Notes: a model not told the origin generated them from the letters alone. A stretch of 64,000 nucleotides of DNA from an uncultured cyanobacterium (GCA_963710605.1 CAVQBA010000007.1:384001-448000), one strand, 5' to 3'; shown: positions 21,381 through 32,661, counted from the stretch's first letter. A program made the numbers and translations.

Positions 21381-22289
21381 CTAAGCTTGCATATTACTAA
21401 GTTGGTAAAGCATTACTTGTGCTTTAATTAATGGAACTCCATCATCTTCATACTTACAAGTAATACCCATAAAATGATTAAGATGGTTATAAGTACGATA
21501 AAAACCATTGCTATAGTCTTTTTCGTAAATTATTCTTTGTCCATAACACCAACGTTGACTTTTTTGTTCTCCTAAATTAATTTTTGGTAATCCTTGTAAT
21601 AGAGAATCAAGTTTAATCAATTCTAAGCGATCGTGGTCTTTTCAATCAATAACATTTGTAAACGTTAGACTATTTTCAACACTCATTCCACAACTTAATG
21701 TCCGATTTAAACTAGCTAAAGTTGCACCTGTACCTATTTTTTGCCCCAAGTCACGCGCAATCGATCGAATATAAGTACCTGTGCTACAATCAATTTCTAA
21801 TTCTAATTCAGCCAATTCTTCTTGGTTACGCCAAGACATCAGCCTAATATCAGTAATTTCAACTTGCCTAGTCGGCACTTCTACCACTTTACCTTGACGA
21901 GCGAGTTGATATAATTTTTGTCCATCTTTTTTGATTGCACTAAAAGCAGGTGGTGTTTGCTCAATCTTACCGATAAAATCATTTAAATGAGGTGTAATCT
22001 CGGCTAAGGTTAAATAATTGACTGGTTTAGTTTCGACTACTTCTCCTTCCAAATCATCAGTAGTGGTGACAATACCAAAACGAATTTTTGCTTGGTATGT
22101 TTTTTGCGTTGGTAAAAATTGCAATAAACGAGTTGCTTTACCCACAGCAATGGGTAATACGCCTTGAGCTAATGGGTCTAATGTACCACCGTGACCAATT
22201 TTTTTGGTGTTTAAAATTTTCCTCAACTTGGCTACGCAGTCATGAGAAGTAAAATTCAGTGGTTTGTTTAAGTTAAGGAAACCATCCAT
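21381..22289 (-). pseudogene. truB: tRNA pseudouridine(55) synthase with in-frame TGA before the C-terminal domain
   Basis: [46 protein letters not shown]; the two ORFs are in the same frame: ...NVID*KDHDRLELIKLDS... Confidence 0.9.
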
Positions 22290-22331
22290 AATAATTAATA
22301 ATTAATAATTAATAATTAATAATTAATAATT
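22289..22331. repeat. heptamer tandem repeat (AATAATT)n
   Basis: About six units directly upstream of truB. Confidence 0.85.
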
Positions 22332-22364
22332 ACCTATTTATTAAATTACAACGGAGGTAATTGA

Positions 22365-23180
22365 TTAATTATTTATTTTTTGTTTGTTTTTTTTGGCGAT
22401 GACGTAAAAAATTTCGTTTTCTAGCCATACTTGATTATTATCAACTAGATTGAGTATTTCAATCGCAAATTTTTGTTTAAGTTTGTTTCTTTCTTCTTCG
22501 CTAATTTTTAGTAAAGGATGATAAATAGGGTGTAGCCAATTTCCTTGCCACCATTTCCCGGCATCTTCAACTGTTAGATATTTTCCTAATTGCTGAGTTT
22601 CAAATCGATCGATATCATACCCTAAATCAGCTAAAATAGTTTCGCATTTGGTTTGTGTGCCTAACAGAAGATGAAAATTAGGTAACTCATAACCAGATTC
22701 GTTGGTTACCTTCATAATCGTCGGTGTGAAAAAAGAGTTTTGTGAATAAACTGAAAAAGCAATATAACCTTCTGGTTTCAACCAGTTAAACCATTGTTTT
22801 AATACTTGAATTACATCAGGAAAAAGGACAATCGCAGATGAACAATAAATAACATCAAAACTATTATCAGGATATTCTAGTTGCTCAATATCAGTTAATT
22901 TTAATTCGATATTTTTTAATCCTAAAGCCGATATTTTTTGCTGACAACGATCGAGCATTTTCGGTGAGAAATCAACACCGATAACTTTTCCATCATTTTT
23001 AAGCTGTTTGGCAACTTCTATAGCTACTATACCCGTTCCTGTGGCAACATCTAATACAGACTCCATCCCTGATAAATTAACTAATTTACATAAATTAATT
23101 GCTCTTTCAATAGTTAATTTAGTATCATAATCATCTCTATTGTCGTAAAAATTTATTATCTGTTTTTTATATTCATTCAT
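22365..23180 (-). CDS. class I SAM-dependent methyltransferase (UbiE-like)
   Basis: VLDVATGTG, GVDFSPKML, YPDNSFDVI, LKPEG. Confidence 0.9.
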   Translation of the reverse strand: MNEYKKQIINFYDNRDDYDTKLTIERAINLCKLVNLSGMESVLDVATGTGIVAIEVAKQLKNDGKVIGVDFSPKMLDRCQQKISALGLKNIELKLTDIEQLEYPDNSFDVIYCSSAIVLFPDVIQVLKQWFNWLKPEGYIAFSVYSQNSFFTPTIMKVTNESGYELPNFHLLLGTQTKCETILADLGYDIDRFETQQLGKYLTVEDAGKWWQGNWLHPIYHPLLKISEEERNKLKQKFAIEILNLVDNNQVWLENEIFYVIAKKNKQKINN

Positions 23181-23357
23181 CAGTTTTTACAGTTAACAAT
23201 GGGCTTGCGAGCAAGGAAAGAAGAGGCTCTCGGTAATGAGTAAAAGTAGCTTGAAACCTTCAGTTTTTACAGTCAGAAGTATTAATTGATTGATTGATGG
23301 GGTGTGCAAAAGCCCTACTCAATTATCAATTATCAATTATCAATTATTAATTATTAA

Positions 23358-23705
23358 TTATCTTACTTTTTCCTGATAGCTGAGCATTTCATCACTATCT
23401 TCACCATAAATCGCTTCTATCTGCTGATGACAACAATCGATCGCAAAATCTTCAAACTCTTGAGGAGGTATATTATACATTTGCTCAAAGACATCAGGTT
23501 TAACCCGACAAAAAGATGGTCTCTCATCATAGATATTACAAATACGACGATCGTGATTATAATTAATACACCAACCGTCTTCTCCTACCATACTCAAATA
23601 CAAGTCTAATTCTTGTTTTGTTAAATACTCATCTAAATCTGGTCGATCGCTAGGATCTAAATGACAACAAGCCCCACAATTTTCGATACAACGCCATTGA
23701 CTCAT
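23358..23705 (-). CDS. YkgJ-family cysteine-cluster protein
   Basis: WRCIENCGACC, GWCINY...CNIYDERPSFCR, DCC. Confidence 0.9.
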   Translation of the reverse strand: MSQWRCIENCGACCHLDPSDRPDLDEYLTKQELDLYLSMVGEDGWCINYNHDRRICNIYDERPSFCRVKPDVFEQMYNIPPQEFEDFAIDCCHQQIEAIYGEDSDEMLSYQEKVR

Positions 23706-23720
23706 TACAAATAAAGTTCT

Positions 23721-23738
23721 GTTACAAAACTTAATAGT
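23721..23738 (+). promoter_or_regulatory. possible HLR1 (RpaB) site upstream of psb30
   Basis: GTTACAAA-AC-TTAATAGT: imperfect octamer pair with 2-nt spacer; second half is degenerate. Confidence 0.35.
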
Positions 23739-23842
23739 TTTTATTTTACTAGATCTATAAATAGGATAACCTTTCCTTGTATTATATATCTTGTTAGAAC
23801 GACCAAAATAATTTAAAATTAGCGATAAAAAAAGGAGTAGTT

Positions 23843-23983
23843 ATGGATTTTATTACCAATTTATTTAGTGGATTAAGTGGAATCGATTTTGAAGTAATTT
23901 TTCAATTAGTATCTGTTGGTTTGATTCTCATCGCAGGTCCTGTGATTGTATTTATTCTTTATGCTTTACGTGGAGATTTGTAA
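23843..23983 (+). CDS. psb30: photosystem II reaction centre protein Psb30/Ycf12 (not in ORF track)
   Basis: MDFITNLFSGLSGIDFEVIFQLVSVGLILIAGPVIVFILYALRGDL; AGGAG RBS. Confidence 0.95.
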   Translation: MDFITNLFSGLSGIDFEVIFQLVSVGLILIAGPVIVFILYALRGDL

Positions 23984-24452
23984 GTATTGGTTTTTAATTA
24001 ATTGAAAATTTATCAGAAATTTATAAAATAAAAAGATTGTCGGCTAAATGCTAAGGTGCTTTTTGCTTATAGATAAAAGCCGACATATAGACTAAAAAAA
24101 GTCAGTTTAAAATAGACAAAACATTGACTGAAAAGTTTTTTGGTAGTCGATCGTTGAAGCGATTATTTTAATTTAGATTGATTTTGTCTTCCAATAATTT
24201 AGTAAAAAAAGATATAAGTACCACAAATTTAAAAGATATAGCAAAGGGCTATGGTAAACTAATCCAGCAAAAAGCAAAACGTATTAATTAATTGAGAATT
24301 ATTTCAAATTTAAAATTAATATTTGATACAAGCATAACAAAAGCCCACACTGTTCATCATTAATTATTAACTAGTAATTACTAATTGCTAATTACTAATC
24401 GTTATACGTACATTCTCTACAGATTAACCAAAGTTTCAAGGATTTTATTTTT

Positions 24453-25976
24453 ATGTTAGATCGTAGATCAAGCGGTATTTTACTACATCCGACTTCTTTA
24501 CCTGGTTCTTATGGTATAGGAGATTTAGGATCTGGTGCATATCGTTTTGTTGATTTTTTACAAGAAAGTGATCAACAAGTATGGCAAATTTTACCATTAG
24601 GCCCCACAGGTGCAGGTAATTCTCCTTATTTGGCTTATTCAGCCTTAGCAGGTAATCCATTGATGATTAGCTTAGATATACTTTATGGTGATAGATTACT
24701 AACTCCTGAAGATTTAGAAACAGTTAAAAAAGCGTTTGCATTACAAGATCCAAATCGGGTTAGTTTTGAGTTAGTAATTAAAGAAAAATATCCTTATTAT
24801 CTCAAAGCATTTAGAGCGTTTACAGAATTAGATCAAAATACTCAATATAATCAAGAATTTAGCAAGTTTTGCCAAGATTATGGTTATTGGTTAGACGATT
24901 ATGCTCTTTATATGTCGTTGAAAGAACATTACGAAAATGCACCTTGGTATCAATGGGAAGAATCGATCGCTAAAAGAGAGCCAGAAGGGATTGAAAAATG
25001 GGAAATAAAATTAAGTGAAGAAATAGAATATCATAAATTTTTACAATTTACCTTCTTTCGTCAATGGCGTAACTTAAAAGATTATGCTAACAGTAGAGGA
25101 ATCCAAATTTTCGGTGACATACCTATTTACGTTGCTCACGATAGTGTGGACGTGTGGGCGAATCAATCTATATTTCGTTTAGATGAAAAAACAGGGGCGG
25201 CGGCTTTAATGGCAGGTGTACCGCCAGATTATTTTAGTGCGACAGGTCAATTATGGGGTAATCCTGTTTACAATTGGGAAGAAGTTAAAAAAACTAATTT
25301 TTCTTGGTGGGTACAAAGAATCAAAGGAATGTTGGAATTTGTCGATATTATGCGTATCGATCATTTCCGTGGTTTTGAAGCATATTGGGCAGTCAAAGAA
25401 GGTGAATTAACTGCTTTAAACGGCGAATGGTTAAAAGCACCAGGAGATGAGTTTTTTGCGGTACTTCAGCAAGAATTAGGGGATTTACCGATCGTAGCCG
25501 AAGATTTGGGTGTGATCACTCCAGAAGTAGAAACCTTAAGAGATAAATATGGTTTTCCGGGGATGAAAATATTACAGTTTGCTTTTGATGACGATCGAGG
25601 TAATCAATTTTTACCATTCAATTATAAAGATTGTAATTGTGTTGTCTATACAGGTACACACGATAACGATACAACAGTTGGTTGGTTTGAAAAACGTAAC
25701 TTTAGCGATCGACAAAAAGTAGTAGATTATTTAGGAGGAGCAATTTCACCTCAAGGTATTCACTGGAATTTGATCAGTAATGCGATGTCTTCGATCGCTA
25801 ACATGGCAATATTTCCTTTACAAGACGTTTTAGGATTAGGTTCATGGAGCAAAATGAATACTCCTGGTACAGTACTTAATAATTGGACATGGCGTTACTC
25901 TGATGATACTTTAACCGATGATGTGACAGGACATTTAGGGTATTTAACTTATCTTTATGGACGAAAACCAGATTAG
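24453..25976 (+). CDS. malQ: 4-alpha-glucanotransferase (GH77)
   Basis: GILLHPTSLPG, WQILPLGP, AGVPPDYFSATGQLWGNP, RIDHFRGF, AEDLG, YTGTHDNDT. Confidence 0.97.
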   Translation: MLDRRSSGILLHPTSLPGSYGIGDLGSGAYRFVDFLQESDQQVWQILPLGPTGAGNSPYLAYSALAGNPLMISLDILYGDRLLTPEDLETVKKAFALQDPNRVSFELVIKEKYPYYLKAFRAFTELDQNTQYNQEFSKFCQDYGYWLDDYALYMSLKEHYENAPWYQWEESIAKREPEGIEKWEIKLSEEIEYHKFLQFTFFRQWRNLKDYANSRGIQIFGDIPIYVAHDSVDVWANQSIFRLDEKTGAAALMAGVPPDYFSATGQLWGNPVYNWEEVKKTNFSWWVQRIKGMLEFVDIMRIDHFRGFEAYWAVKEGELTALNGEWLKAPGDEFFAVLQQELGDLPIVAEDLGVITPEVETLRDKYGFPGMKILQFAFDDDRGNQFLPFNYKDCNCVVYTGTHDNDTTVGWFEKRNFSDRQKVVDYLGGAISPQGIHWNLISNAMSSIANMAIFPLQDVLGLGSWSKMNTPGTVLNNWTWRYSDDTLTDDVTGHLGYLTYLYGRKPD

Positions 25977-26060
25977 AATTCGGAATTCGGAATTCGGAAT
26001 TCGGAGTTAAGAAGGCAAAAGGCAACGAGCAAATATAAACAGTATTAATTGTCAATTGTC

Positions 26061-26161
26061 GTCTTGGTCAGCATTCCCTTGCGGAAAAGTGTGGTCTTGG
26101 GGGTTTCCCCCATGAACAACTTTTTCAAGAAGCGACTGTAGTCGTCGCGGGGTCTGACCGC
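26061..26161. mobile_element. nested 50-bp and 51-bp hairpin elements (GTCTT-stem-GC family)
   Basis: Outer element matches 61595-61645; inner element occupies 26081-26131; the pair lies between units of an (AATTGTC)n array. Confidence 0.8.
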
Positions 26162-26186
26162 AATTGTCAATTATCAATTATTAAAA

Positions 26187-27419
26187 GTGGCTGTGGTGAG
26201 TAAAAATAAAGAACGAAAATGGGGATTTTGGTTTTTGTTACCGATTTATCCTTATCAACAAAGAGCGACTATTAGACAAGAAGTTGTTCATAATCGTATT
26301 TGGATATTTGATCAACCTCATGGTTTTTTATACGCAGTTGTACCAATTCGGATGACGGTAGTCAAACTCAAAAAAGGTGGTTTACTTGTATATTGCCCCC
26401 TTGCACCAACGACTGAATGTATCAAATTAGTTCGTGAATTAGAAGCGATACATGGAAAAGTTAAATACATTATTCATTCTACTAGTTCAGGTTTAGAACA
26501 TAAAGTATTTGTCGCTCCCTTTGCTCGTTGTTTTTCCACTGCTGAGGTTTGGTATGTACCGACTCAATGGAGTTTTCCGCTTAATTTGCCTTTATCATGG
26601 TTAGGTTTTCCCGCTGACAGAACCCATGTATTACCTCAAGATTGGCGTAAAGCTCCTTTTGCTGATGAGTTTGAGTATCATTTAATTGATCTAAATTTGA
26701 GTGCAGGTTCGTTTGCCGAGGTGGCTTTGCTACACACTGAATCACAAACTCTTTTAGTTACCGATGCGGTATTAAAAATACCTTTATCACCACCAGAAAT
26801 TAGTAATTTAGATCCATTTCCTTTATTATTCCACGCTAGAGAAACTGCGTTAGAAGAAACTAAAGATACATTGGCAAACCGCCTCAAAGGTTGGCGGAGA
26901 ATCTGTTTATTTGCTCTTTATTTTCGTCCTAGCATGATTGATACGATCGACCTAGTTCAACTATTTAAAGACGCTAAAAACGCCCCCGATCGTTCTCGTC
27001 GTAACTATTTTGGTTTGTATCCTTTTCGTTGGCGAAACAATTGGCTGAAATCATTTAAAGCGATCGCCGATACCCAGATACCGATCGTTGCACCGATATT
27101 ACAAACATTAATTCTGCCTCAAGACCGTAAAAAGGTAGCCGATTGGGTGAATAACATTTGTGAGTGGGAATTTAAACAAATTATCGCCGCTCATTTTGCT
27201 TCTCCTTTTACCGCTACTCCAGAGCAATTCAAACAAGCCTTTACTTTTTTAGAAGAGGATGGCAATGATGATTTTAGACAAGGAAAAGTATATCTAAGCG
27301 GTGACAAAGAAATTGTCAGTCAAGATAGTACTTTTATTAAAGAATTAGAATCAACCTTAGTCAAATTCAAAATAGCGACACCAGCTCCGAAAACAGATTC
27401 AGAAAAATTGTTGAAATGA
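26187..27419 (+). CDS. DUF4336-type protein (metallo-beta-lactamase-like fold)
   Basis: VPIRMTVVKL..GGLLVY.P.APT.EC, SGLEHKVF, QWSFPLNLPLSWLG, TLLVTD. Confidence 0.85.
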   Translation: MAVVSKNKERKWGFWFLLPIYPYQQRATIRQEVVHNRIWIFDQPHGFLYAVVPIRMTVVKLKKGGLLVYCPLAPTTECIKLVRELEAIHGKVKYIIHSTSSGLEHKVFVAPFARCFSTAEVWYVPTQWSFPLNLPLSWLGFPADRTHVLPQDWRKAPFADEFEYHLIDLNLSAGSFAEVALLHTESQTLLVTDAVLKIPLSPPEISNLDPFPLLFHARETALEETKDTLANRLKGWRRICLFALYFRPSMIDTIDLVQLFKDAKNAPDRSRRNYFGLYPFRWRNNWLKSFKAIADTQIPIVAPILQTLILPQDRKKVADWVNNICEWEFKQIIAAHFASPFTATPEQFKQAFTFLEEDGNDDFRQGKVYLSGDKEIVSQDSTFIKELESTLVKFKIATPAPKTDSEKLLK

Positions 27420-27683
27420 TTGATACGATCGTGGATTTTATAATAATTGATCATATATATTTGTCTAACCTATAATCAAAAAATATTTAGCAAAAAGGGG
27501 AACAAGAGAAGAGAATATAAGATAAGAGAATATAAGATAAGAGAAGAGAAGAGAATATAAGATAAGAGAAGATAAAAACAAGATGACTTTGAAAGTAGAA
27601 AAATTAAAGATAAAATACAATTTGAAAACAAAGGCAAAAAATAATAAAGAACTCAAAGTCCCCATTACAAAAGAAATAATATT

Positions 27684-27761
27684 AAGTCCCCCTTACGAAG
27701 GGGAAGGGCTGTCACCTGAATTCATTTCAGGTGCTTGTAAGCCCTGTGGATTTAGGGAGAT
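27684..27761. repeat. AAGTCCCCCTT-N-AAGGGGGATTTAGGG hairpin repeat interrupted by a 45-bp hairpin element
   Basis: Uninterrupted copy at 28183-28215; inserted 27703-27747 matches 1810-1854; other family members near 47274, 51645, 54260, 59631. Confidence 0.8.
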
Positions 27762-27803
27762 AAAACAATTGAGAGGAATAAAAATATTTAGAGAAACAAA
27801 ACC

Positions 27804-28224
27804 ATGAGTAAATTGAAAGAAGGAAATTACTTTTTACCATACAATCCCGATTTGGTAGCTAGAGTGAAACAGATGAGGAAAAATCCGACTCCAGCAGAGC
27901 GTAAGTTATGGGAATATTTAAGAACATTTCCCCTCAAGTTTTGGCGACAAAAACCAATCGATAATTTCATAGTCGATTTCTATTGCCCAAAGTTAAAACT
28001 AGTTATCGAAGTAGATGGCTGATATTCATTTTACCGAATCAAATCAAAGTTACGATCGAGCTAGAACAGAAATATTATCTGGTTATGGCTTAAAAGTAAT
28101 TCGATTTACTAATGACGATGTTTTGTCTAATTTTCAAAATGTTTGTAAATCAATCGATACTTATTTTGGACAAATTTTGGGAAAGTCCCCCTTACGAAGG
28201 GGGATTGAGAGGGATGGGGATTAA
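27804..28224 (+). pseudogene. DUF559/Vsr-like endonuclease domain protein, frameshifted as assembled
   Basis: MRKNPTPAERKLW...RQKPIDNFIVDFYC...LVIEVDG / DIH...YDRART...GLKVIRFTN; one extra base at ~28019-28020; 139 aa when repaired. Confidence 0.85.
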
Positions 28225-28248
28225 ATTTATATCTAAGCTAAGTACGTA

Positions 28249-31080
28249 TTATTGATTATCAATTATTTTCCCTTGTTGTTGTCGATAAAAAACCACCCCT
28301 AAACCTATCATCACAATAGCAAATAAAATCCAAAGATCTGGTTCTGGTACACCAGATACTTCCATCGGGCTAGAAGGCATATTTAAGTCTTCAAAACCTT
28401 TTTCTACTTCCCTGTCAAATCTGTCTTCTTTTGCTTCAGCGGCTTTTAATTGCTCACGTTGCTCGTCATTAACTAAAACAATCATAGACGAATAAGGAGT
28501 AACGATCGCATAATCAGTGGCTACTTGATGAATACTATCTAATTCAGGTACGGATAAAGGTTGATTTCCCTTTTGACTCATATAATAAACTAATTGACGA
28601 GCCGTAATTGGTTGTATATTATCACGATCGATCGTATTTTCGCCCTTACTATTACTATTTGTATTTTGAGCAATATCCCAACTATAACCATCTACAACCA
28701 AAACATCATTAGCTTTTTGAGTCGCCAAACGTTTTATTACCGTCGCCACATCATCAGCAATCCCACCATTGCTACCTTGAATCGCCTGTAAAACAGCATC
28801 ATTATAAGCCTGAGGAAACTCACCGCCCAAATGCACCATCCATAAAGGAGAATTGATTTCAGGAATTTTTTGCTTATCATCAGACAACTCATAACTACCC
28901 TCGTCGGTAACTACCAACACTGCCGAATAATTATCATTCCCTCTTAATTGTTCAAACTGATTTAACATATCCTCAGTCTGTAAACTGCCAAAAAATAATT
29001 GTTTATCAATATTGAAATTAGTTATTTCATCCAGACGTTGGGCTTTGCTTGTTTCTACATCAGTAATATATAAATCAACATCATTGTTGGTTAAACTTTC
29101 CTGCCACCAAACTAAACTATCCTTAACATCTTGACGATGAAGATTCATACTATAAGAAGTATCTAAAATTAAAGCATACTTTTCTCCATTCGGTAAAGCA
29201 TAATCTTTTTCAGATAATGGTTGCACAGCGACGTTATAACCATTACTTAACTCAACTTGATGGGGTTGTCTTTCTTGACTTGGTTTATCTTGCCAAAAAT
29301 CTTCCAACCAAACATTACGAAAAAACCCCTGTCTGATACCATTACGAATCCGTTTGGTATTTCTATCCCAATAAATATTCCGTTTTTGAGCTAACTTTGG
29401 TAAAGCCCAACCTTGCTCTTGTTTCATCACTTTGTAAGTTAACCACAAGTGCATTTTTTGTTGTTTTTCTAAATTACGAATATTATCACTAGACAAACGA
29501 GGAGGCACAGGAAAAGCTCTTAAACGATATTGTCCCACACCGACTTGTTCTAGTAAAGCAGGATCGATCGGGCGAGAGCGTCTAACTTGGTTATTATACA
29601 CTTCTTGAGCCGCACCACGAGGAGAAACTTGAAAGGGAAAACGTTGACTTAAATCCTCGGTATCACCTAACCATACACCAGTAATAGCAGAACTTTCAGG
29701 TAAAGAAAAATAGTAAAATATTTCTTCTACATCAGGAGTTTGATTGTTATATATTTCGTGAATTTCTACTTCTGCCCAATCGCCATTAGGCTTAAGAGTC
29801 ACCTCTTGTCTTTCTAACCAAACTTTTTTCTCGTCAATATTTAGTAAACCTGCTTTAGCTTCATCAACAATAGAAGTAGATTTAATGGCATGACGCACCG
29901 AATTTCTTTCTGCTTTTTGTAAAGGAGTATCAAATAACTCAGCATAAATAGGGCTTGATTTGGCAACGTCTTGTTTTGAGCCTTGATAGATAAATGGTGA
30001 GAAAAGTAAATTATAACTGTTTTGAAGAAACATAGCGATCGATTTATTGCCAACTAAATCTCCATACATCCACGCCACATGATTATTATTTTCAGTTGTG
30101 CCTAAATACCGATAAGCAGATAAATTAGCATTGACTAAACCCCTACGGACAGTATTAGATGAAGCTAATAACTCTTGTCTATTTAATTGTTGTTCATTTT
30201 TTTCTAATAATTCAAATGCCTTAACTTGAGGTTGTTGATTAAAACTTGCTAATAAAATTATCCAGACACCAATAACACTAACGCCACTAGTTATTACTTT
30301 TTGTCGGTTATATTGCCCTGCAAATTCAGTTAAGGTTTTCAAACCTAATTTTACATATAGGGTAGTTAAAGCAAAAGGCATAGCAATAAACAAACTAGCA
30401 CTTAAAACAAACAAAATAAAGAAGAAACTTAAAAACGTCAGTGCATATAGCCAGTCACTACCATTAAAAACAACTAAAGAAAAATGTTCTATCCATCTCA
30501 AAGAAAAGAAAGCAACAATAAAATTACCTAGCCAACCGAGAAAAGTAATACCAAAGGGAATGGTATAAAACAATAACATTAATCCTAAATATATTCCCAT
30601 TAATAAAATCAAACTATGAGCAATTATTTTGACAAAAGCGGGAATTTTCCAGTGTGGTAGATGTGGTTTAAATAAATCTAAGGCAAAGATGAAAACACAA
30701 ACTAAAAATGTACCTAAAAAGAAACCACTAGCAAGGGTTAATTCCCTAACTAAAAATAAACGTAATAAACACCAAGTAAATAAAGGTGCTTCTACGCCAT
30801 AAAATAAGCGAATAAGTTGTTTAGGTTTTTTGAAAAAATATTTTCTGCCTAGAAAACAACAAGCCAAGGGTATGGTTATTAAAACGAAAAAGGTAATACA
30901 AAAGTCGAGGGCAATATCGCCATCGAAAGTTGCAGTAATTAAAGGTATTCCTACAAAAGGTAATATCCCTAAATAAACGGTAACAAAAAAAACCAAATTC
31001 CAAAACCAAAAGATAAGATTATAGGTATAATTTACCAGTTTTTTTGAGCTATTAAATATTGCATAGAGTAGATTCATCAT
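28249..31080 (-). CDS. PEP-CTERM system integral membrane protein (multi-TM, VIT-like and vWA-like domains)
   Basis: N-terminal TM helices, VEEIFYYFSLPESSAITGVW, LILDTSYSM, VTPYSSMIVLV, C-terminal VPEP + TM + basic residue. Confidence 0.88.
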   Translation of the reverse strand: MMNLLYAIFNSSKKLVNYTYNLIFWFWNLVFFVTVYLGILPFVGIPLITATFDGDIALDFCITFFVLITIPLACCFLGRKYFFKKPKQLIRLFYGVEAPLFTWCLLRLFLVRELTLASGFFLGTFLVCVFIFALDLFKPHLPHWKIPAFVKIIAHSLILLMGIYLGLMLLFYTIPFGITFLGWLGNFIVAFFSLRWIEHFSLVVFNGSDWLYALTFLSFFFILFVLSASLFIAMPFALTTLYVKLGLKTLTEFAGQYNRQKVITSGVSVIGVWIILLASFNQQPQVKAFELLEKNEQQLNRQELLASSNTVRRGLVNANLSAYRYLGTTENNNHVAWMYGDLVGNKSIAMFLQNSYNLLFSPFIYQGSKQDVAKSSPIYAELFDTPLQKAERNSVRHAIKSTSIVDEAKAGLLNIDEKKVWLERQEVTLKPNGDWAEVEIHEIYNNQTPDVEEIFYYFSLPESSAITGVWLGDTEDLSQRFPFQVSPRGAAQEVYNNQVRRSRPIDPALLEQVGVGQYRLRAFPVPPRLSSDNIRNLEKQQKMHLWLTYKVMKQEQGWALPKLAQKRNIYWDRNTKRIRNGIRQGFFRNVWLEDFWQDKPSQERQPHQVELSNGYNVAVQPLSEKDYALPNGEKYALILDTSYSMNLHRQDVKDSLVWWQESLTNNDVDLYITDVETSKAQRLDEITNFNIDKQLFFGSLQTEDMLNQFEQLRGNDNYSAVLVVTDEGSYELSDDKQKIPEINSPLWMVHLGGEFPQAYNDAVLQAIQGSNGGIADDVATVIKRLATQKANDVLVVDGYSWDIAQNTNSNSKGENTIDRDNIQPITARQLVYYMSQKGNQPLSVPELDSIHQVATDYAIVTPYSSMIVLVNDEQREQLKAAEAKEDRFDREVEKGFEDLNMPSSPMEVSGVPEPDLWILFAIVMIGLGVVFYRQQQGKIIDNQ

Positions 31081-31124
31081 GATTAATTACTAACAATTAA
31101 AAATAAATAATTGCTTAAATGTAT

Positions 31125-32661
31125 TTACTGTTTGACTAAGTTTTGCCCAATGGTGGTATAGATAGTATTAGTAAAATTTTCGACTTGAATATTATCCGAG
31201 TTAAGAGATTTGTCGAATAAAACAGATACTAATACCCACGTTTTGTTTTGATGAGTTATATCTTCCCAAAGACGAGAGATAAAGTTATCGGTTGTTTCTT
31301 CTGCTGACTGAAACCAATAAGTAGCGGATAAATCACCATCCTGAAGCGATAACCAACGTGCATGAATTGTATTGTTGAGTAAAGTAGAATTCATCTTATC
31401 GACTTTAAAACCGTTACCGACAAAACATAATTCGGGTGGATGATGGGCGTGCCATGTATCACTAGCTACTATCAACATTGAGCCTGATAAGTCATTATCA
31501 GTTTGAAATCGCATTTTTTGTACCAGAGGATTAGCGGGGTTATCAAAAAAGTTAATTTCCGATCGACTTAAAGCAAGGTTTTCGGTAGTTATTTGAGAAG
31601 GAAAATCGATCGATTTAACCGCCATTAAACTTGATGTTGCTGGTTTAAATTGCCCGGCGATTGCCAAACTAAAAACTACTATCAATAACCAATTAAAATT
31701 ATGTTTTTTTGGGCTTGATATTGGTGTAATATCGATCGTTTGTAGTGATGCTTCTTTACTAAAACTTTTTTTAATCGTTAAAAATTTAGTATTGTCTGTT
31801 TACTGGTAAATTAGATTTACTATTGACTGTTTGTAATAAAACCCAAGTCAAAATACTAGCAAAAATAAAACCAATCACACCTAAAGGTAGATGTAATATT
31901 TCAGCAATTTGCTTTTGCCCTGCAACTTCGATAAGTAAAACTAAAACCAAGACACGAGTAAAGTTAGCAATTACCAAAAAGAAGAGATTAGCAATAGCTA
32001 CAGCCAACCAACGTAAACCTAACTGACGTTTTTCTAACCAAGTAACTCCTAATAAAAAAACTGTGCCTAACCACAAACTTTTCATGCCGCTACAAGGTAA
32101 GTCAACTTTACTGATACCATTTTCCATCAAAATAATATCATGGGAAGAAATAGCACCTAACTTAAAAAAAGACAAGACATCAGCAACAAAATGAGCGGTA
32201 ATAACCCTAACAGGAAAACCCAAACCGCTATTAAAAGAAATAGCAAAAGGGATAACACAAGCACTAATAATTCCCAAACATAAATTTTTTCGCCAACTAG
32301 ATAAATCGATAAACAAACCAAGCAAGCCATAACTACCTAGAATGAAACAAGCAAAAGTTAGTTGTGGTAAATGAATAGTCCATTTAATTACGATCGCACT
32401 TAATTCTCCTCCTAACATTAGTAGTAAAGGATAGAGTTTAAATTCAGGAGAAAAAGATTTTAATTTAAAAACCTGATTACGCCATAATTGTATAGATAAA
32501 GCAATAACCACGATCGATAAGATAACAATATTTAAAATAGAAGTATCAGAAAATGAGTCAAGAAACCAAACATATGTCCAAGCATTTCCTAATATCCAAA
32601 TAGCGACTAAAAAAATAGTTGCTAGATTTTGTTGAGGTTTTGAAATCGGTAATGTATTCAT
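31125..32661 (-). pseudogene. xrtO: exosortase O-type transpeptidase with C-terminal extension, frameshifted as assembled
   Basis: Multi-TM, VDLPCSGMKSL (catalytic Cys), ANFTRV, EILHLPLG; HHPPELCF in the extension; one extra base near 31800 splits a 511-aa ORF; directly upstream of a PEP-CTERM gene. Confidence 0.8.

Noticed and set aside
21642-21644. Selenocysteine or genetic-code reassignment at the truB TGA
   Set aside because: No SECIS-like hairpin follows, the position is a non-catalytic linker, and TGA ends other genes normally
27465-27807. ORFs 27465-27665 (-) and 27583-27807 (+)
   Set aside because: They read through a low-complexity purine tract and nested hairpin repeats; no protein signature
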